Virus record (IMG/VR): IMGVR_UViG_3300023179_000080
Location: 1 to 64,000 of that record
Length of the DNA stretch: 64,000 nt
Source: a virus
Direction: 5' to 3' (one strand)
Every line of letters starts with the position of its first letter. Within the stretch, counting starts at the first letter, position 1. The position numbers were made by a program, and so were the translations under genes. The notes beneath the pieces were generated by a model, which was not told where the DNA came from, searched no databases, and worked only from the letters and a program-made list of their open reading frames with translations. Below are positions 1 to 8,477 of the stretch, in pieces.

Positions 1-194
1 CACTACTAATGCATGCAGCGAGGCACTTCCCCACCTGCGGGGCACGGGATCTATGTACACGGGGACATGCCATCCCACGGGTGCTCGAGTGGGGCGGGGA
101 AATCGGGGCCATCCCAGAGGGGCGTGGGGCACTATGGGGAGGAGGGGCACTTAACCCACGTCGGGCTTCCAGAAATCGCATGCGATTCTTCGCA

Positions 195-437
195 TCACTC
201 GCGGTGCCCTCCCGCGACCCTCCGCGGTCCCCCGCCCTCCCCTCCCCGCAGGGTGTCTCCCCGGGAGCACCACCACCCTCCCTCCCCTCCGAGGCACCGT
301 ACCCTCCAGCGCTGGGGTGCGGGTCCCTCTTCAGGCCTGGGTCTCCCGACCACGAGCGTGAGGGCACCGGTGGGGTCGATCCACAGCTCTCCCCGGCGGG
401 GTAGCCACGGCAGCCTGCGGTCTCTCTCTCGTCTCAT
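195..437 (-). CDS. hypothetical protein
   Basis: ORF coupled by an ATGA overlap to 434..748. Confidence 0.4.
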   Translation of the reverse strand: MRRERDRRLPWLPRRGELWIDPTGALTLVVGRPRPEEGPAPQRWRVRCLGGEGGWWCSRGDTLRGGEGGGPRRVAGGHRE

Positions 438-748
438 CTCCGCCCCCCGCTCCGCCCCATCTGTTTTCCTATCGATTTGCAGGTGTCACCCCCGCCCCGG
501 GAGTGCCGGGTGAGCTTCCAACTGGACCCTCGGCTGATCACCGATCGGCCCCGGGCACCGAGGTACTCCACGTCGACGTGGGCGCCGTCGGGGGAGAGGG
601 TCACTCCCAGCACGAGCACCGCGTCCGCCCGGCCTCCGAGCCTCGACGGCGCGAGGGTGGTGAGGTCGACCAGGTCCCCGGGGGAGAGGCTGTGTATCTC
701 CACCCACTCGGGTTCCCCCTCACGCGCGGGGGTTAGCGTATCGGGCAT
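434..748 (-). CDS. hypothetical protein, possible SH3/KOW-like barrel
   Basis: LSPGDLVDL pattern seen in other small ORFs here; ATG start. Confidence 0.5.
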   Translation of the reverse strand: MPDTLTPAREGEPEWVEIHSLSPGDLVDLTTLAPSRLGGRADAVLVLGVTLSPDGAHVDVEYLGARGRSVISRGSSWKLTRHSRGGGDTCKSIGKQMGRSGGRR

Positions 749-840
749 GGGTACCTGTGTGCGCGCGTGCGGACGTTAGCGTATCGGGCAGGGGTACGCG
801 CACCCGCGAGGTCGACGCGCGCCCGGACGTTAGCGTATCG
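732..840. repeat. three direct repeats of GTTAGCGTATCG
   Basis: Exact 12-mers at 732-743, 775-786 and 829-840 with similar flanks. Confidence 0.85.
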
Positions 841-850
841 CGCGCGGGAA

Positions 851-1399
851 TCATTTGCCCCGGCGCTTCACGGCCCGGGCGACCTTCTTCGCCGCCTTCT
901 CCGCCGCGATCACTTCCCTCCCCCGGTTCTTGCTCCCCTTCGGGCGTCCCCTCCCACGCTTCGGGGTCTCAGGGGTGTCAGAGGGAGAGGGGAGAGGGGC
1001 GACCGGGGTCTTCCGGGGGCGACCACGCTTCCGCTTCGAGGACGTGACCCCTGCCGCGGCGAACTTGTAGACCTGGCCGTGGAGCAGCCCAACCTTCCAG
1101 TTGTCGTAGGCGTTGTTGCCCGCCTGCTCGTCGAACAGCTTGATCTCCCCGCTGATCGGGTCGACCCGCTTGACCTTGTAGGTGCGGGTGTCGAGGTACG
1201 GCTTGCCCGGGAGGACGATCGCCCGGCGCTCGATGATGATGCGGTCTCCCTCCCCGAACAGGGGCAGCCCGCCGGAGATCGCGTCCGGGAGGCGGGACAG
1301 GTCGGGTCGGGCGGACTCGCGGGGGGAGAGCTCCCGGGTGAGGGCAGCCTGCAGGTCGTCGTCGGAGTCGGTGTGGTCGGAGTCGGGGAAGTTGTACAT
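851..1399 (-). CDS. AT-hook-containing DNA-binding protein
   Basis: KRKRGRPRK and KRGRGRPKGSK motifs in the C-terminal part; acidic N-terminus. Confidence 0.7.
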   Translation of the reverse strand: MYNFPDSDHTDSDDDLQAALTRELSPRESARPDLSRLPDAISGGLPLFGEGDRIIIERRAIVLPGKPYLDTRTYKVKRVDPISGEIKLFDEQAGNNAYDNWKVGLLHGQVYKFAAAGVTSSKRKRGRPRKTPVAPLPSPSDTPETPKRGRGRPKGSKNRGREVIAAEKAAKKVARAVKRRGK

Positions 1400-1413
1400 G
1401 TGTCTACCTTGGG

Positions 1414-1506
1414 TCAGAGGGAGAAGAGGACGACCGTGATGATGTAGGTGAGGGCGAGCAGTGCGATGGCCGCGATGAGGTCGCCGAGGAAGCTTTCAGT
1501 GTCCAT
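1414..1506 (-). CDS. 30-aa single-TM peptide (MDTESFLGDLIAAIALLALTYIITVVLFSL), leaderless
   Basis: Not in the ORF track; ATG is 37 nt downstream of TGTGCAAAGT at 1543. Confidence 0.65.
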   Translation of the reverse strand: MDTESFLGDLIAAIALLALTYIITVVLFSL

Positions 1507-1543
1507 GGTTCTACTCTACCCCGCCCCGGGGCAACTTTGCACA
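1507..1543 (-). promoter_or_regulatory. class-A promoter motif
   Basis: TGTGCAAAGT..GGTAGAGT followed by ATG 6 nt later. Confidence 0.75.
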
Positions 1544-1545
1544 GT

Positions 1546-1776
1546 TCAGCAAGGATTATTTCGGTACCACTCGATGAGGCGGAGGATCTCCCCCACCTCA
1601 CTGTCGTCGCAGTCCCGGTAGGACCGGCCCAGGCGGGCCTTCAGCCGCTCCCAGATGTGGGCATGGGGGTTGCGCTTCTTCAGGAACTTGCACGGGGGCA
1701 GCTTGCCCTGCAGGTGGTCCCCCGCCTCCTTCTGCGCGGCACGGACCCTCGCGATGTTCTCGGGTGAGAGTGCCAT
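1546..1776 (-). CDS. hypothetical protein
   Basis: GAGGGG SD-like sequence before ATG; lies directly after the radA-like gene. Confidence 0.7.
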   Translation of the reverse strand: MALSPENIARVRAAQKEAGDHLQGKLPPCKFLKKRNPHAHIWERLKARLGRSYRDCDDSEVGEILRLIEWYRNNPC

Positions 1777-1798
1777 GTTCACTTCCCCTCCCGCCCTC

Positions 1799-2560
1799 TC
1801 ACGACGCCCCGCCGAAGGAGCCCTTCTCGTACAGACCCTGGCGGTTGAGGCCGAGGACGTAGGAGCGCCCCGAGCAGCCGAAGCGGTTCTTGGTGACCTC
1901 GAAGATGCGCTCCCCGTAGGTCTCGCTCTTCTTCTCCTCGTCGATGTAGAGCTGACCGCGGACGTCGACCGCGTGGAGGATGGTCTGCTTGCCGGCGAAG
2001 TCGCCGCCCTTCGTCACCTGGCCGATGAAGCACACGATGCCGTAGTTGGACTTGGCCCAGTCGGTGAGCATCTCGGTCGCGCGGACCGGGGTCATCGAGT
2101 TGGTCGCACCGCCGTACTTGCCGTCGTCCAGGGTCTGGAGGGAGTCCTGGAGGATGAACACCTGCTTGCCGGGGTTCCCCTTGCGGAGCCAGTCGGCGTG
2201 GCTCAGGAGGTCGGTCACGACCGTGTCCTGGCCCACGTTGAAGCCGGCCTTGAGGCCGAGGCGCTCCGTCACCATCTTGACCTGGTAGAGGGACTCCTCA
2301 CCCGTGTTGTAGAGGCACACGTGGCCCGCCTTCGTGATGGCGTCCGCCAGCTGGAGGAGCATCGTGGTCTTGCCGGCGCCGGGGGTACCGGTGAGCATCA
2401 TCACGCTCGAGGGCACCATGCCCTCGCCGCCGATCGCGTCGTCGAACCAGGAGATGCCCACCTTCTTGCGGTCGCGCAGGGCGGCCGGCACCGTGAGTTC
2501 GTTGATGTTGGTGCCGCGCTTCAGACCCTTGATACCGACGTTGAGGTTCATCTTGCTCAT
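1799..2560 (-). CDS. radA: RadA/Sms-like RecA-family ATPase, core domain only
   Basis: Walker A GTPGAGKTT, LYNTGEES, Walker B ILQDSLQ and KNRFG signature; no Zn finger or Lon-like domain. Confidence 0.85.
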   Translation of the reverse strand: MSKMNLNVGIKGLKRGTNINELTVPAALRDRKKVGISWFDDAIGGEGMVPSSVMMLTGTPGAGKTTMLLQLADAITKAGHVCLYNTGEESLYQVKMVTERLGLKAGFNVGQDTVVTDLLSHADWLRKGNPGKQVFILQDSLQTLDDGKYGGATNSMTPVRATEMLTDWAKSNYGIVCFIGQVTKGGDFAGKQTILHAVDVRGQLYIDEEKKSETYGERIFEVTKNRFGCSGRSYVLGLNRQGLYEKGSFGGAS

Positions 2561-2607
2561 TCCTTGTGTTCTCCGTGAGGGGCGGCTCCTTGCCACCTTG
2601 TAAGATC

Positions 2608-2665
2608 ATCATACCACGGCTCCGTGGCGCTTTGCACAGCTTTTCGCTGTTGAAAGTTACTTTCA
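2608..2665 (-). promoter_or_regulatory. class-A promoter with upstream palindrome TGAAAGTAACTTTCA
   Basis: TGTGCAAAGC..TGGTATGAT; palindrome at 2651-2665. Confidence 0.7.
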
Positions 2666-2669
2666 TCTG

Positions 2670-2756
2670 CGGAGGGGGAGGGATTCGAACCCCCGGTGGG
2701 GTCTCCCCCACGGCTGCTTTCGAAACAGCTACCTTAGACCACTCGGACACCCCTCC
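2670..2756 (-). tRNA. tRNA-Ser(CGA)
   Basis: Cloverleaf with long variable arm; anticodon loop TT-CGA-AA; GGTTCGAATCC T-arm. Confidence 0.93.
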
Positions 2757-2777
2757 AGAGTGTTGGGTTGCACGGGA

Positions 2778-3179
2778 TCAGTCGCCCGAGTCGCAGCGAG
2801 TGACGCACTCGTAGACGTAGTAGGAGAACTTGTGGAGCGGGTATGGGTTGCCGTTGTACGGGTTCACCGCCGGCCGACCGGTGGGCTTGCCAGTATCGGT
2901 GTCGATCTCAATGGCCTCGACCTCATCAGCGCCCGAGGGGTCCTGAACCTCGACGAGCGGGATCTTGCGGCCATCGGCGAGGACCTGGGCGGACGAGAAC
3001 TCCTGACCGACCCCGACCAGCCGCGCTGTACGGAGCGCCGTGATGGTCTCAGGGGTGAGGGGAGACGTTGACGTCACCTTGTAGGTCGACTCGTAGTAGC
3101 ACCGGCCCAGCTGGCGGCTGCCTGCGGGTTCGACGGTGAGGGTGGGACGGGGATTGCGCCAGATGATGTTGGTTGCCAT
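2778..3179 (-). CDS. hypothetical protein, leaderless cassette
   Basis: ATG 37 nt after AGTGCAAAGT at 3216. Confidence 0.75.
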   Translation of the reverse strand: MATNIIWRNPRPTLTVEPAGSRQLGRCYYESTYKVTSTSPLTPETITALRTARLVGVGQEFSSAQVLADGRKIPLVEVQDPSGADEVEAIEIDTDTGKPTGRPAVNPYNGNPYPLHKFSYYVYECVTRCDSGD

Positions 3180-3220
3180 GGTTGTAGTATACTCCTTCGT
3201 GGTTGAACTTTGCACTGCCT

Positions 3221-3412
3221 TCAGAACTCAGATCCTGCAACACGCCGCAACTCGTGTAGGATCTGAGATAGTTCACCCACGGTCTCTCGCACGTAGTCCT
3301 GCTGACCCTGTGATACGCCGGGGCCGAGCGTGTCTGTCAGCTGCTCGACACGAGCATGAATCAGAGAACGAATCACGGCGATACCGCGGTTTGAGATGTT
3401 GATGTTCTTCAT
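3221..3412 (-). CDS. hypothetical protein, leaderless cassette
   Basis: ATG 37 nt after AGTGCAAAGT at 3449. Confidence 0.75.
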   Translation of the reverse strand: MKNINISNRGIAVIRSLIHARVEQLTDTLGPGVSQGQQDYVRETVGELSQILHELRRVAGSEF

Positions 3413-3464
3413 GGTCTCAGTATACCACTTTCACTCGTGACTTTGCACTGGGCGGCGAAATTCT

Positions 3465-3773
3465 TCAGGCCCAGGCTTCGTCGTAAGCAGCGAGGATCTT
3501 CACTGCGGCCGGGGTACCAGCCGGGAGGTAGTTGTACACCTCGTCTCGGCCCTCGCGCGCCTCGTAGTAGGCCAGGCCCTGCGCAGTGCGGGTGCCCGTG
3601 CCGTTGAGGGTGCGGAGGCCAGTGGTCACCCCGCGGACCTTGCCGACGGCCGTGATCGTGTACCAGGCAGCCGGGTCGTCCTTCAGGACGAAGACCCCAC
3701 CGACCGCCGGGTTGTCGACGCCCTCCGGGAGGGCCGTGTTGATGAGGGTGCCAGTCTTGGTGAGCGTCTTCAT
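3465..3773 (-). CDS. hypothetical protein
   Basis: Class-A promoter plus leader with AGGAGA SD. Confidence 0.8.
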   Translation of the reverse strand: MKTLTKTGTLINTALPEGVDNPAVGGVFVLKDDPAAWYTITAVGKVRGVTTGLRTLNGTGTRTAQGLAYYEAREGRDEVYNYLPAGTPAAVKILAAYDEAWA

Positions 3774-3833
3774 GATGTTGTCTCCTTGATCCTTACAGTT
3801 CTACTGTACCACTTCGTTGGTGAACTTTGCACT
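3771..3833 (-). repeat. ~63-bp promoter+leader+RBS repeat, copy 1
   Basis: GTGCAAAGTTCACCAACGAAGTGGTACAGT.GAACTGTAAGGATCAAGGAGACAA..TCATGAAG, near-identical to 4103-4165(-) and 4918-4983(+). Confidence 0.9.
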
Positions 3834-4105
3834 CAGTGCTGAACTTTGGCGGCGAGCGCCTTCAGGCGTTCGACCACCTGCTCCGCCTCGGTGATGCGCT
3901 TGCCGAGCCGCTTCACGAAGGCCTTGTGGGCCCGGGCGGTGGTGCGAGCCACCGTGCCGTAGTCGTCCTTGAACTGGGGGAAGAGTCGCCCAGCGATCTT
4001 CAGGGCCGCTGCCTCGTCGGCAGCCTCCACGACTGCAACCTCGACGGTGGCCCAGCGGTGGTCGACCATCTTGAGCGAGTAGTAGGTGGGCGTTGCGTTC
4101 TTCAT
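3833..4105 (-). CDS. hypothetical protein (MKNATPTYY...)
   Basis: Start reassigned to the ATG after the repeated promoter/RBS. Confidence 0.75.
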   Translation of the reverse strand: MKNATPTYYSLKMVDHRWATVEVAVVEAADEAAALKIAGRLFPQFKDDYGTVARTTARAHKAFVKRLGKRITEAEQVVERLKALAAKVQH

Positions 4106-4165
4106 GACCTTGTCTCCTTGATCCTTACAGTTCCACTGTACCACTTCGTTGGTGAACTTTGCACA
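4103..4165 (-). repeat. promoter+leader+RBS repeat, copy 2
   Basis: Near-identical to 3771-3833. Confidence 0.9.
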
Positions 4166-4175
4166 GGTTTCACTG

Positions 4176-4192
4176 TTGAAAGTCACTTTCAA
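4176..4192. promoter_or_regulatory. palindromic operator TTGAAAGTCACTTTCAA
   Basis: Perfect 8-1-8 palindrome just upstream of the leftward class-A box. Confidence 0.75.
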
Positions 4193-4379
4193 TGACGCTC
4201 CCGCGCGGGGCTGCACACCCAGGCAGCCCCGGGGTTCCGGCCGCTGGCCTATCCCGTTGACTCGCAGGGACACTCCCAGCCCCTCCATGGTAGGTATACC
4301 TATAGGGCCATCATGTGGCGCTCTGAGGGCCATTCCTTCAAGGGAAGTTGAAAGAATTACATCGAGGGTGTAATCACTG

Positions 4380-4396
4380 TTGAAAGTCACTTTCAA
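4380..4396. promoter_or_regulatory. palindromic operator TTGAAAGTCACTTTCAA
   Basis: Identical copy just upstream of the rightward class-A box at 4406. Confidence 0.75.
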
Positions 4397-4405
4397 TCGT
4401 GTTCC

Positions 4406-4442
4406 TGTGCAAAGTCCACCTTGAAAAGGGTATAGTAGAACC
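4406..4442 (+). promoter_or_regulatory. class-A promoter, type example
   Basis: TGTGCAAAGT-ccaccttgaaaag-GGTATAGT-agaacc-ATG. Confidence 0.8.
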
Positions 4443-4628
4443 ATGGAAGCCACTCGCACCTCACGAACCTTCGTCCGCAACGGTGACCTCGGCGTCGACG
4501 TCCACATGACCCTCGAGGAAGCCAAACGCATCCGTGCGGCCCTGTCGGACCTGGACGGGGAAGACCTGGGCGCTTATGGTGGAATCCTCGAGGTCCTGCG
4601 GAAGGCCATTCCCCAACAATGGGGTTGA
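4443..4628 (+). CDS. hypothetical protein, leaderless cassette
   Basis: ATG at motif+37. Confidence 0.75.
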   Translation: MEATRTSRTFVRNGDLGVDVHMTLEEAKRIRAALSDLDGEDLGAYGGILEVLRKAIPQQWG

Positions 4629-4669
4629 GCCCAGTGCAAAGTTCAACAGCGAAAGGGTATACTGGAATC

Positions 4670-4912
4670 ATGGACAACATCAAGACTCTCGACGGCTCAC
4701 TCTTTTACTGGTCGGGTCAGGTCGGCACGGCCGACGCCTCGACCCTCGGGTTCGGCCCCGGCGTGTGGCCGCGGGTGATCGCGGTGCGCAGCCCCAAGAC
4801 GGGCAACACGGTCACCTTCGTCAACCAGGGTGTGCGCCTGCTCGAAGACAGCATGCTGTACGCCTCACAGAACCTCGCGACCCCGGTGGTCCTCGTCGTC
4901 GCGAACGACTGA
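4670..4912 (+). CDS. hypothetical protein, leaderless cassette
   Basis: ATG at motif(4633)+37. Confidence 0.75.
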   Translation: MDNIKTLDGSLFYWSGQVGTADASTLGFGPGVWPRVIAVRSPKTGNTVTFVNQGVRLLEDSMLYASQNLATPVVLVVAND

Positions 4913-4917
4913 GACTC

Positions 4918-4983
4918 TGTGCAAAGTCGCCGACGAACGTGGTACAGTGGAACTGTAAGGATCAAGGAGACAAAGTCATGAAG
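4918..4983 (+). repeat. promoter+leader+RBS repeat, copy 3
   Basis: Similar to copies 1 and 2, on the opposite strand. Confidence 0.85.
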
Positions 4984-5208
4984 AACGCCTCTCCCGCCAA
5001 GCTCCTCGAGCTCCTTCGCTCTGGGAACTACACCAACCAACAGTTCTGGTTCGTCCAGGACATCCTCAACCTCACCCCTTCTCGGGACTGGGACGACATG
5101 ATGGTCCGCCTCCAGGCGGCTTGGTGTGACGAGGAGGAACGCAGAATCGCCTCGGGAACCCACATCGGCCCGGGCGCTGACGTCCACAACGGTCGCTTTT
5201 GGGCCTGA
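4978..5208 (+). CDS. hypothetical protein
   Basis: ATG after AGGAGA SD in the repeat. Confidence 0.75.
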   Translation: MKNASPAKLLELLRSGNYTNQQFWFVQDILNLTPSRDWDDMMVRLQAAWCDEEERRIASGTHIGPGADVHNGRFWA

Positions 5209-5249
5209 GCCCAGTGCAAAGTTACCCCCATTCGGGGCAAGGTGTATTC

Positions 5250-5480
5250 GTGACCGAGAGAACATCCTACGAGAAGCTCGACCTCGCCTGGTCTGCACTG
5301 ATCAGCACCCACTCCGCGGGTATGTTCCGCAGCCTCGACGACCCCGAGCGCTATGCACGTCTCGCTGCGAGCATGTGGGCGGCCGAGGCGGACCTGTGCA
5401 TCGTCCATGGCTGGACCCTGCAAGAGTTTACAAACGAAATGCGTCGACGCCGTGCAAAGTCGACCACGAAAGAGGTATAG
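5250..5480 (+). CDS. hypothetical protein, leaderless with GTG start
   Basis: GTG at motif(5213)+37. Confidence 0.65.
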   Translation: MTERTSYEKLDLAWSALISTHSAGMFRSLDDPERYARLAASMWAAEADLCIVHGWTLQEFTNEMRRRRAKSTTKEV

Positions 5481-5487
5481 TGTAATC

Positions 5488-5946
5488 ATGAAGAGCAAAT
5501 CCGCCCGAATCACCCCCTCCGCGAAGCCCTGTGACGTGGAGTACCGCCTCAATCGGCTCAACGCAGTCATCGCGGAAGCGTCGAAGTTCCTCGCGTCGAT
5601 CGACAAGTCGGTCTACCCGGACTGGGAAGATGCGGCCAACGCGCTCAACGCGACGATGGACACAGTCGGCGCCTGGAAGGCCCCGAGCAAGAAGGCCTAC
5701 CGCAAGTCGGACCTCGAGAAGGTCGCGGCTGCAGCGGCTCGGGAGGCCGCCCGTGAAGAGGCACGGGTGAAGCGTGACACGGAACGTGTGGAACGTCTCA
5801 ACACCAAGGCTGCCAAGCTCGCCGCGAAGGCTGAGCCCAAGCCCACGATCGACATGGCTGCGGGTTCGGCGATCGAAAAGGCGATCGCTGCGGCGAAGGC
5901 CCGCAAGGCTGCCCGCATCACCGACCTCGAGGAGGCTGCCCAGTGA
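5488..5946 (+). CDS. Ala/Lys-rich helical protein
   Basis: ATG at motif(5451)+37; SAIEKAIAAAKARKA motif. Confidence 0.75.
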   Translation: MKSKSARITPSAKPCDVEYRLNRLNAVIAEASKFLASIDKSVYPDWEDAANALNATMDTVGAWKAPSKKAYRKSDLEKVAAAAAREAAREEARVKRDTERVERLNTKAAKLAAKAEPKPTIDMAAGSAIEKAIAAAKARKAARITDLEEAAQ

Positions 5947-6182
5947 GCTTCGGATTCAAGCCCAACCCCAAGGCCCAGGTCGAACTCAAGTTCCGCGAGC
6001 TCTTCGGCCGCGAATTCAAGTGCTCGGTCACGGGTGCCCGTGACGGGCGGACCTACCGCACCGCCGTCGCGGTCGAGGGCGAGGTGATCGCCACTGCGTC
6101 GCACAGCGACTGGCGCAAGTCGTACAAGATGCTCGCTCTCGAGATCGAGAAGCTCTTCTCCGAGGGAGTTGCGCTGGTCTAG
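5943..6182 (+). CDS. hypothetical protein, possibly dsRBD-like
   Basis: GTGA overlap with the upstream gene; alpha-beta-beta-beta-alpha-like pattern (inference). Confidence 0.65.
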   Translation: MSFGFKPNPKAQVELKFRELFGREFKCSVTGARDGRTYRTAVAVEGEVIATASHSDWRKSYKMLALEIEKLFSEGVALV

Positions 6183-6245
6183 AGTGCAAAGTCCCTCTCC
6201 CACATGGTACACTGAACTCATCTTCCAAACGAGGAACAAGAACAC

Positions 6246-7352
6246 ATGACCACGATGTCCATCAAGACCTTCACCGCCGTCGCCAACAAGCTCCCCATCG
6301 AGACGTCGATTCTCCTCCGCGGACCGCACGGCATCGGCAAGTCCCAGGTGGTCCGCCAGCTTGCGGCCCAGTTCGGGCTCGAGGTGATCGACCGGCGCCT
6401 GTCGCAGATGTCGGAGGGTGACATGATTGGTCTGCCCTCGACCGACGGCGAGGTGACCCGCTTCAATCCGCCCGAGTGGTACAAGGCTGCGTGCCGCTCT
6501 CCCAGGTGCCTCTTCCTCGACGAGCTGAACCGTGCGACCCCCGAGGTCATGCAGGCAGCGTTCCAGGTCGTCCTCGACCGGGAGCTCAACGGCTGGAAGC
6601 TCCACCCGGCGACCCGTGTGTTCGCGGCGGTCAACGCCTCGGCGGCCTACACGGTCAACGAGATGGACCCGGCGCTGCTCGACCGCTTCTGGGTCGTCGA
6701 CCTCACCCCGACGGTGGCGGACTGGGTGACCTGGGCGAAGGACGGCCACGTGCACGACATGGTGGTCGACTTCATCGCCGGCAACGAGAAGTGGCTCGAC
6801 GCTCCCAAGGACTCCGAGCCCGGCAAGGTGACCCCGAGCCGCCGGTCGTGGGAGCGCCTGTCGGATGCACTCACCGTGGCAGGAATTGTGGAGGATCCCA
6901 AGCACGAGCTCTTCTACCCCATGTGCCTCGGATACGTGGGTACCGAGGCGACCATCGCCTTCCACTCGTTCGCCAAGACGATCGAGAACCAGGTGAGCGG
7001 TGAGGAGGTCCTCAAGGACTACGCCAAGTGCAAGAAGAAGGTCGCGAAGCTCGGCCAAGAGAAGCAGAACGTGCTCATCGAGAAGGTGTCGGAGTACGTG
7101 ACCAAGAGCCTGAAGACCCTCGACGAGAACCAGGGCAAGAACCTGGCTGCCTTCATGAAGGACCTCCCCGGTGAGCTCCGCGTGTCGGCGTGGTCGAAGC
7201 TCACCCAGGGCGCCGGCACGGACAACCTGGAGCTCGCCAAGAGCGTCCACAAGTACTGCGTCGAGACCGTCCTGGAGGTCTTCGGTGTGTCAGCGGATGC
7301 CGCCGTCAAGGCGATCTCGGCGACCGGAGGCAAGAAGGCTGCCAAGAAGTGA
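6246..7352 (+). CDS. MoxR-like AAA+ ATPase
   Basis: Walker A GPHGIGKS, Walker B LFLDELNRA, MDPALLDRF, TPSRRSW. Confidence 0.9.
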   Translation: MTTMSIKTFTAVANKLPIETSILLRGPHGIGKSQVVRQLAAQFGLEVIDRRLSQMSEGDMIGLPSTDGEVTRFNPPEWYKAACRSPRCLFLDELNRATPEVMQAAFQVVLDRELNGWKLHPATRVFAAVNASAAYTVNEMDPALLDRFWVVDLTPTVADWVTWAKDGHVHDMVVDFIAGNEKWLDAPKDSEPGKVTPSRRSWERLSDALTVAGIVEDPKHELFYPMCLGYVGTEATIAFHSFAKTIENQVSGEEVLKDYAKCKKKVAKLGQEKQNVLIEKVSEYVTKSLKTLDENQGKNLAAFMKDLPGELRVSAWSKLTQGAGTDNLELAKSVHKYCVETVLEVFGVSADAAVKAISATGGKKAAKK

Positions 7353-7363
7353 AGGGGTGACCC

Positions 7364-7900
7364 GTGCAGGCATTCGACTCAACCTTGTGGATGGAACGTG
7401 CATGGGCGAGGTATACCCGGGCAGTCCGCCGCGGGGCAAAGAAGCCGAGCCTTGAACCCAGGTGGGCACGGGATGTCACTGCAATCGGAAACCTGGGCAA
7501 GCTGATCGAGTGGTGTGAGGGTCGAGGATTGCAGGTAAAGTTTGCCCGCCGGCCCAACGGCGGCTCATACGAGCATGATGAGAAGATCATCTACCTGTCG
7601 CACCGGGCAGGACCCGAGACCCAAGTGGCATACCTGCTCCACGAGTGTGGGCACCACCTCATCGGCATGAAGGAGCACCACGAGCGATTCGGCATGGGTT
7701 ACCCAAAGTCCGCGGATCCGAGCATTTCCAGGACGATGCTCCATCGGGTCGCAGTCCTCGAGGAGGAACTCGAGGCGTGGCACCGTGGGTGGCGGCTTGC
7801 GGAGCGACTGGGATTGTTCGTGTCCCGCAAGGTGTTTGATCGGATCCGCATGACCTGCATCAAGTCGTATGTGAGCTGGACACTGGGGAGGAGTAAGTAG
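7364..7900 (+). CDS. HEXXH zinc metallopeptidase, ImmA/IrrE-like
   Basis: LLHECGHHL followed by EELEAW. Confidence 0.7.
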   Translation: MQAFDSTLWMERAWARYTRAVRRGAKKPSLEPRWARDVTAIGNLGKLIEWCEGRGLQVKFARRPNGGSYEHDEKIIYLSHRAGPETQVAYLLHECGHHLIGMKEHHERFGMGYPKSADPSISRTMLHRVAVLEEELEAWHRGWRLAERLGLFVSRKVFDRIRMTCIKSYVSWTLGRSK

Positions 7901-8235
7901 TGAACGAGGGCAGAAAGATCATCGAAGACTCACTGTTCATGTCGATGGGTATCGCACCCATCCGCTGCGTCCCAGACGACATGAACAAGGTTCTGAACAA
8001 CCTGCCACCGGACGAGGTCCGGCGGATGAAGCGCAAGTTCAGGAAGTTGTGGCGCAAGTTCGCGAAGCACCCGCATGCGGCTGAGCCGAGGTCGGTCCAC
8101 TTGTGGGTGACCCAAGGTATGGGTCTGGGCGACCCAAGCCCGACGCGATCCGCAAAGGCAAAGCGGAAGGCCGAGGTCCTGCGCCGGGTCCGTAAGAAGT
8201 CGCTTGAGCTGACGGGTGGTAAACAAAGTTGGTAG
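7900..8235 (+). CDS. basic hypothetical protein
   Basis: Coupled to the upstream ORF; GGAG SD. Confidence 0.7.
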   Translation: MNEGRKIIEDSLFMSMGIAPIRCVPDDMNKVLNNLPPDEVRRMKRKFRKLWRKFAKHPHAAEPRSVHLWVTQGMGLGDPSPTRSAKAKRKAEVLRRVRKKSLELTGGKQSW

Positions 8236-8272
8236 ATGGGTGTACTATGGTATCGTGTTCTAGTTATTAGTC

Positions 8273-8424
8273 TTGGTCCTCGCACTAGGGACCAACGTTA
8301 TGGGCAGATGCAGCACGGTGCGGTGACTTGCTCAGTATATATGGACAGGTGAACCATCCTGAGCATCAGGGATCAGTAACCGCCCAACGGGAGACAGGGA
8401 GATGAGAGACCCTGCTCCCGTTGA
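8273..8424 (+). ncRNA. candidate structured non-coding RNA
   Basis: Intergenic run of hairpins, e.g. TTGGTCCT..AGGGACCAA, CCTGA..TCAGG, CAACGGGAG.CAGGG..CCCTG.CTCCCGTTG; no family recognised. Confidence 0.35.
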
Positions 8425-8477
8425 ACTATTTTGCGGCCGGGGTGCAAAGTGACCCTCCCTCCTGGTAGAGTGTTCTC

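Noticed and set aside
1655-2578. 307-aa plus-strand ORF
   Set aside because: Antisense shadow of the radA-like gene
3833-4531. 232-aa ORF as listed in the track
   Set aside because: The upstream part crosses the regulatory region; the real start is the SD-led ATG at 4105
2778-6245. Recurring GTGCAAAGT motif as a CRISPR array or integron attC sites
   Set aside because: The intervals are whole genes of variable length, the repeats are degenerate and not attC-like hairpins, there is no cas or intI gene, and the fixed distance to ATG fits a promoter
5697-7250. 517-aa minus-strand ORF
   Set aside because: Antisense shadow of the GC-rich AAA ATPase gene
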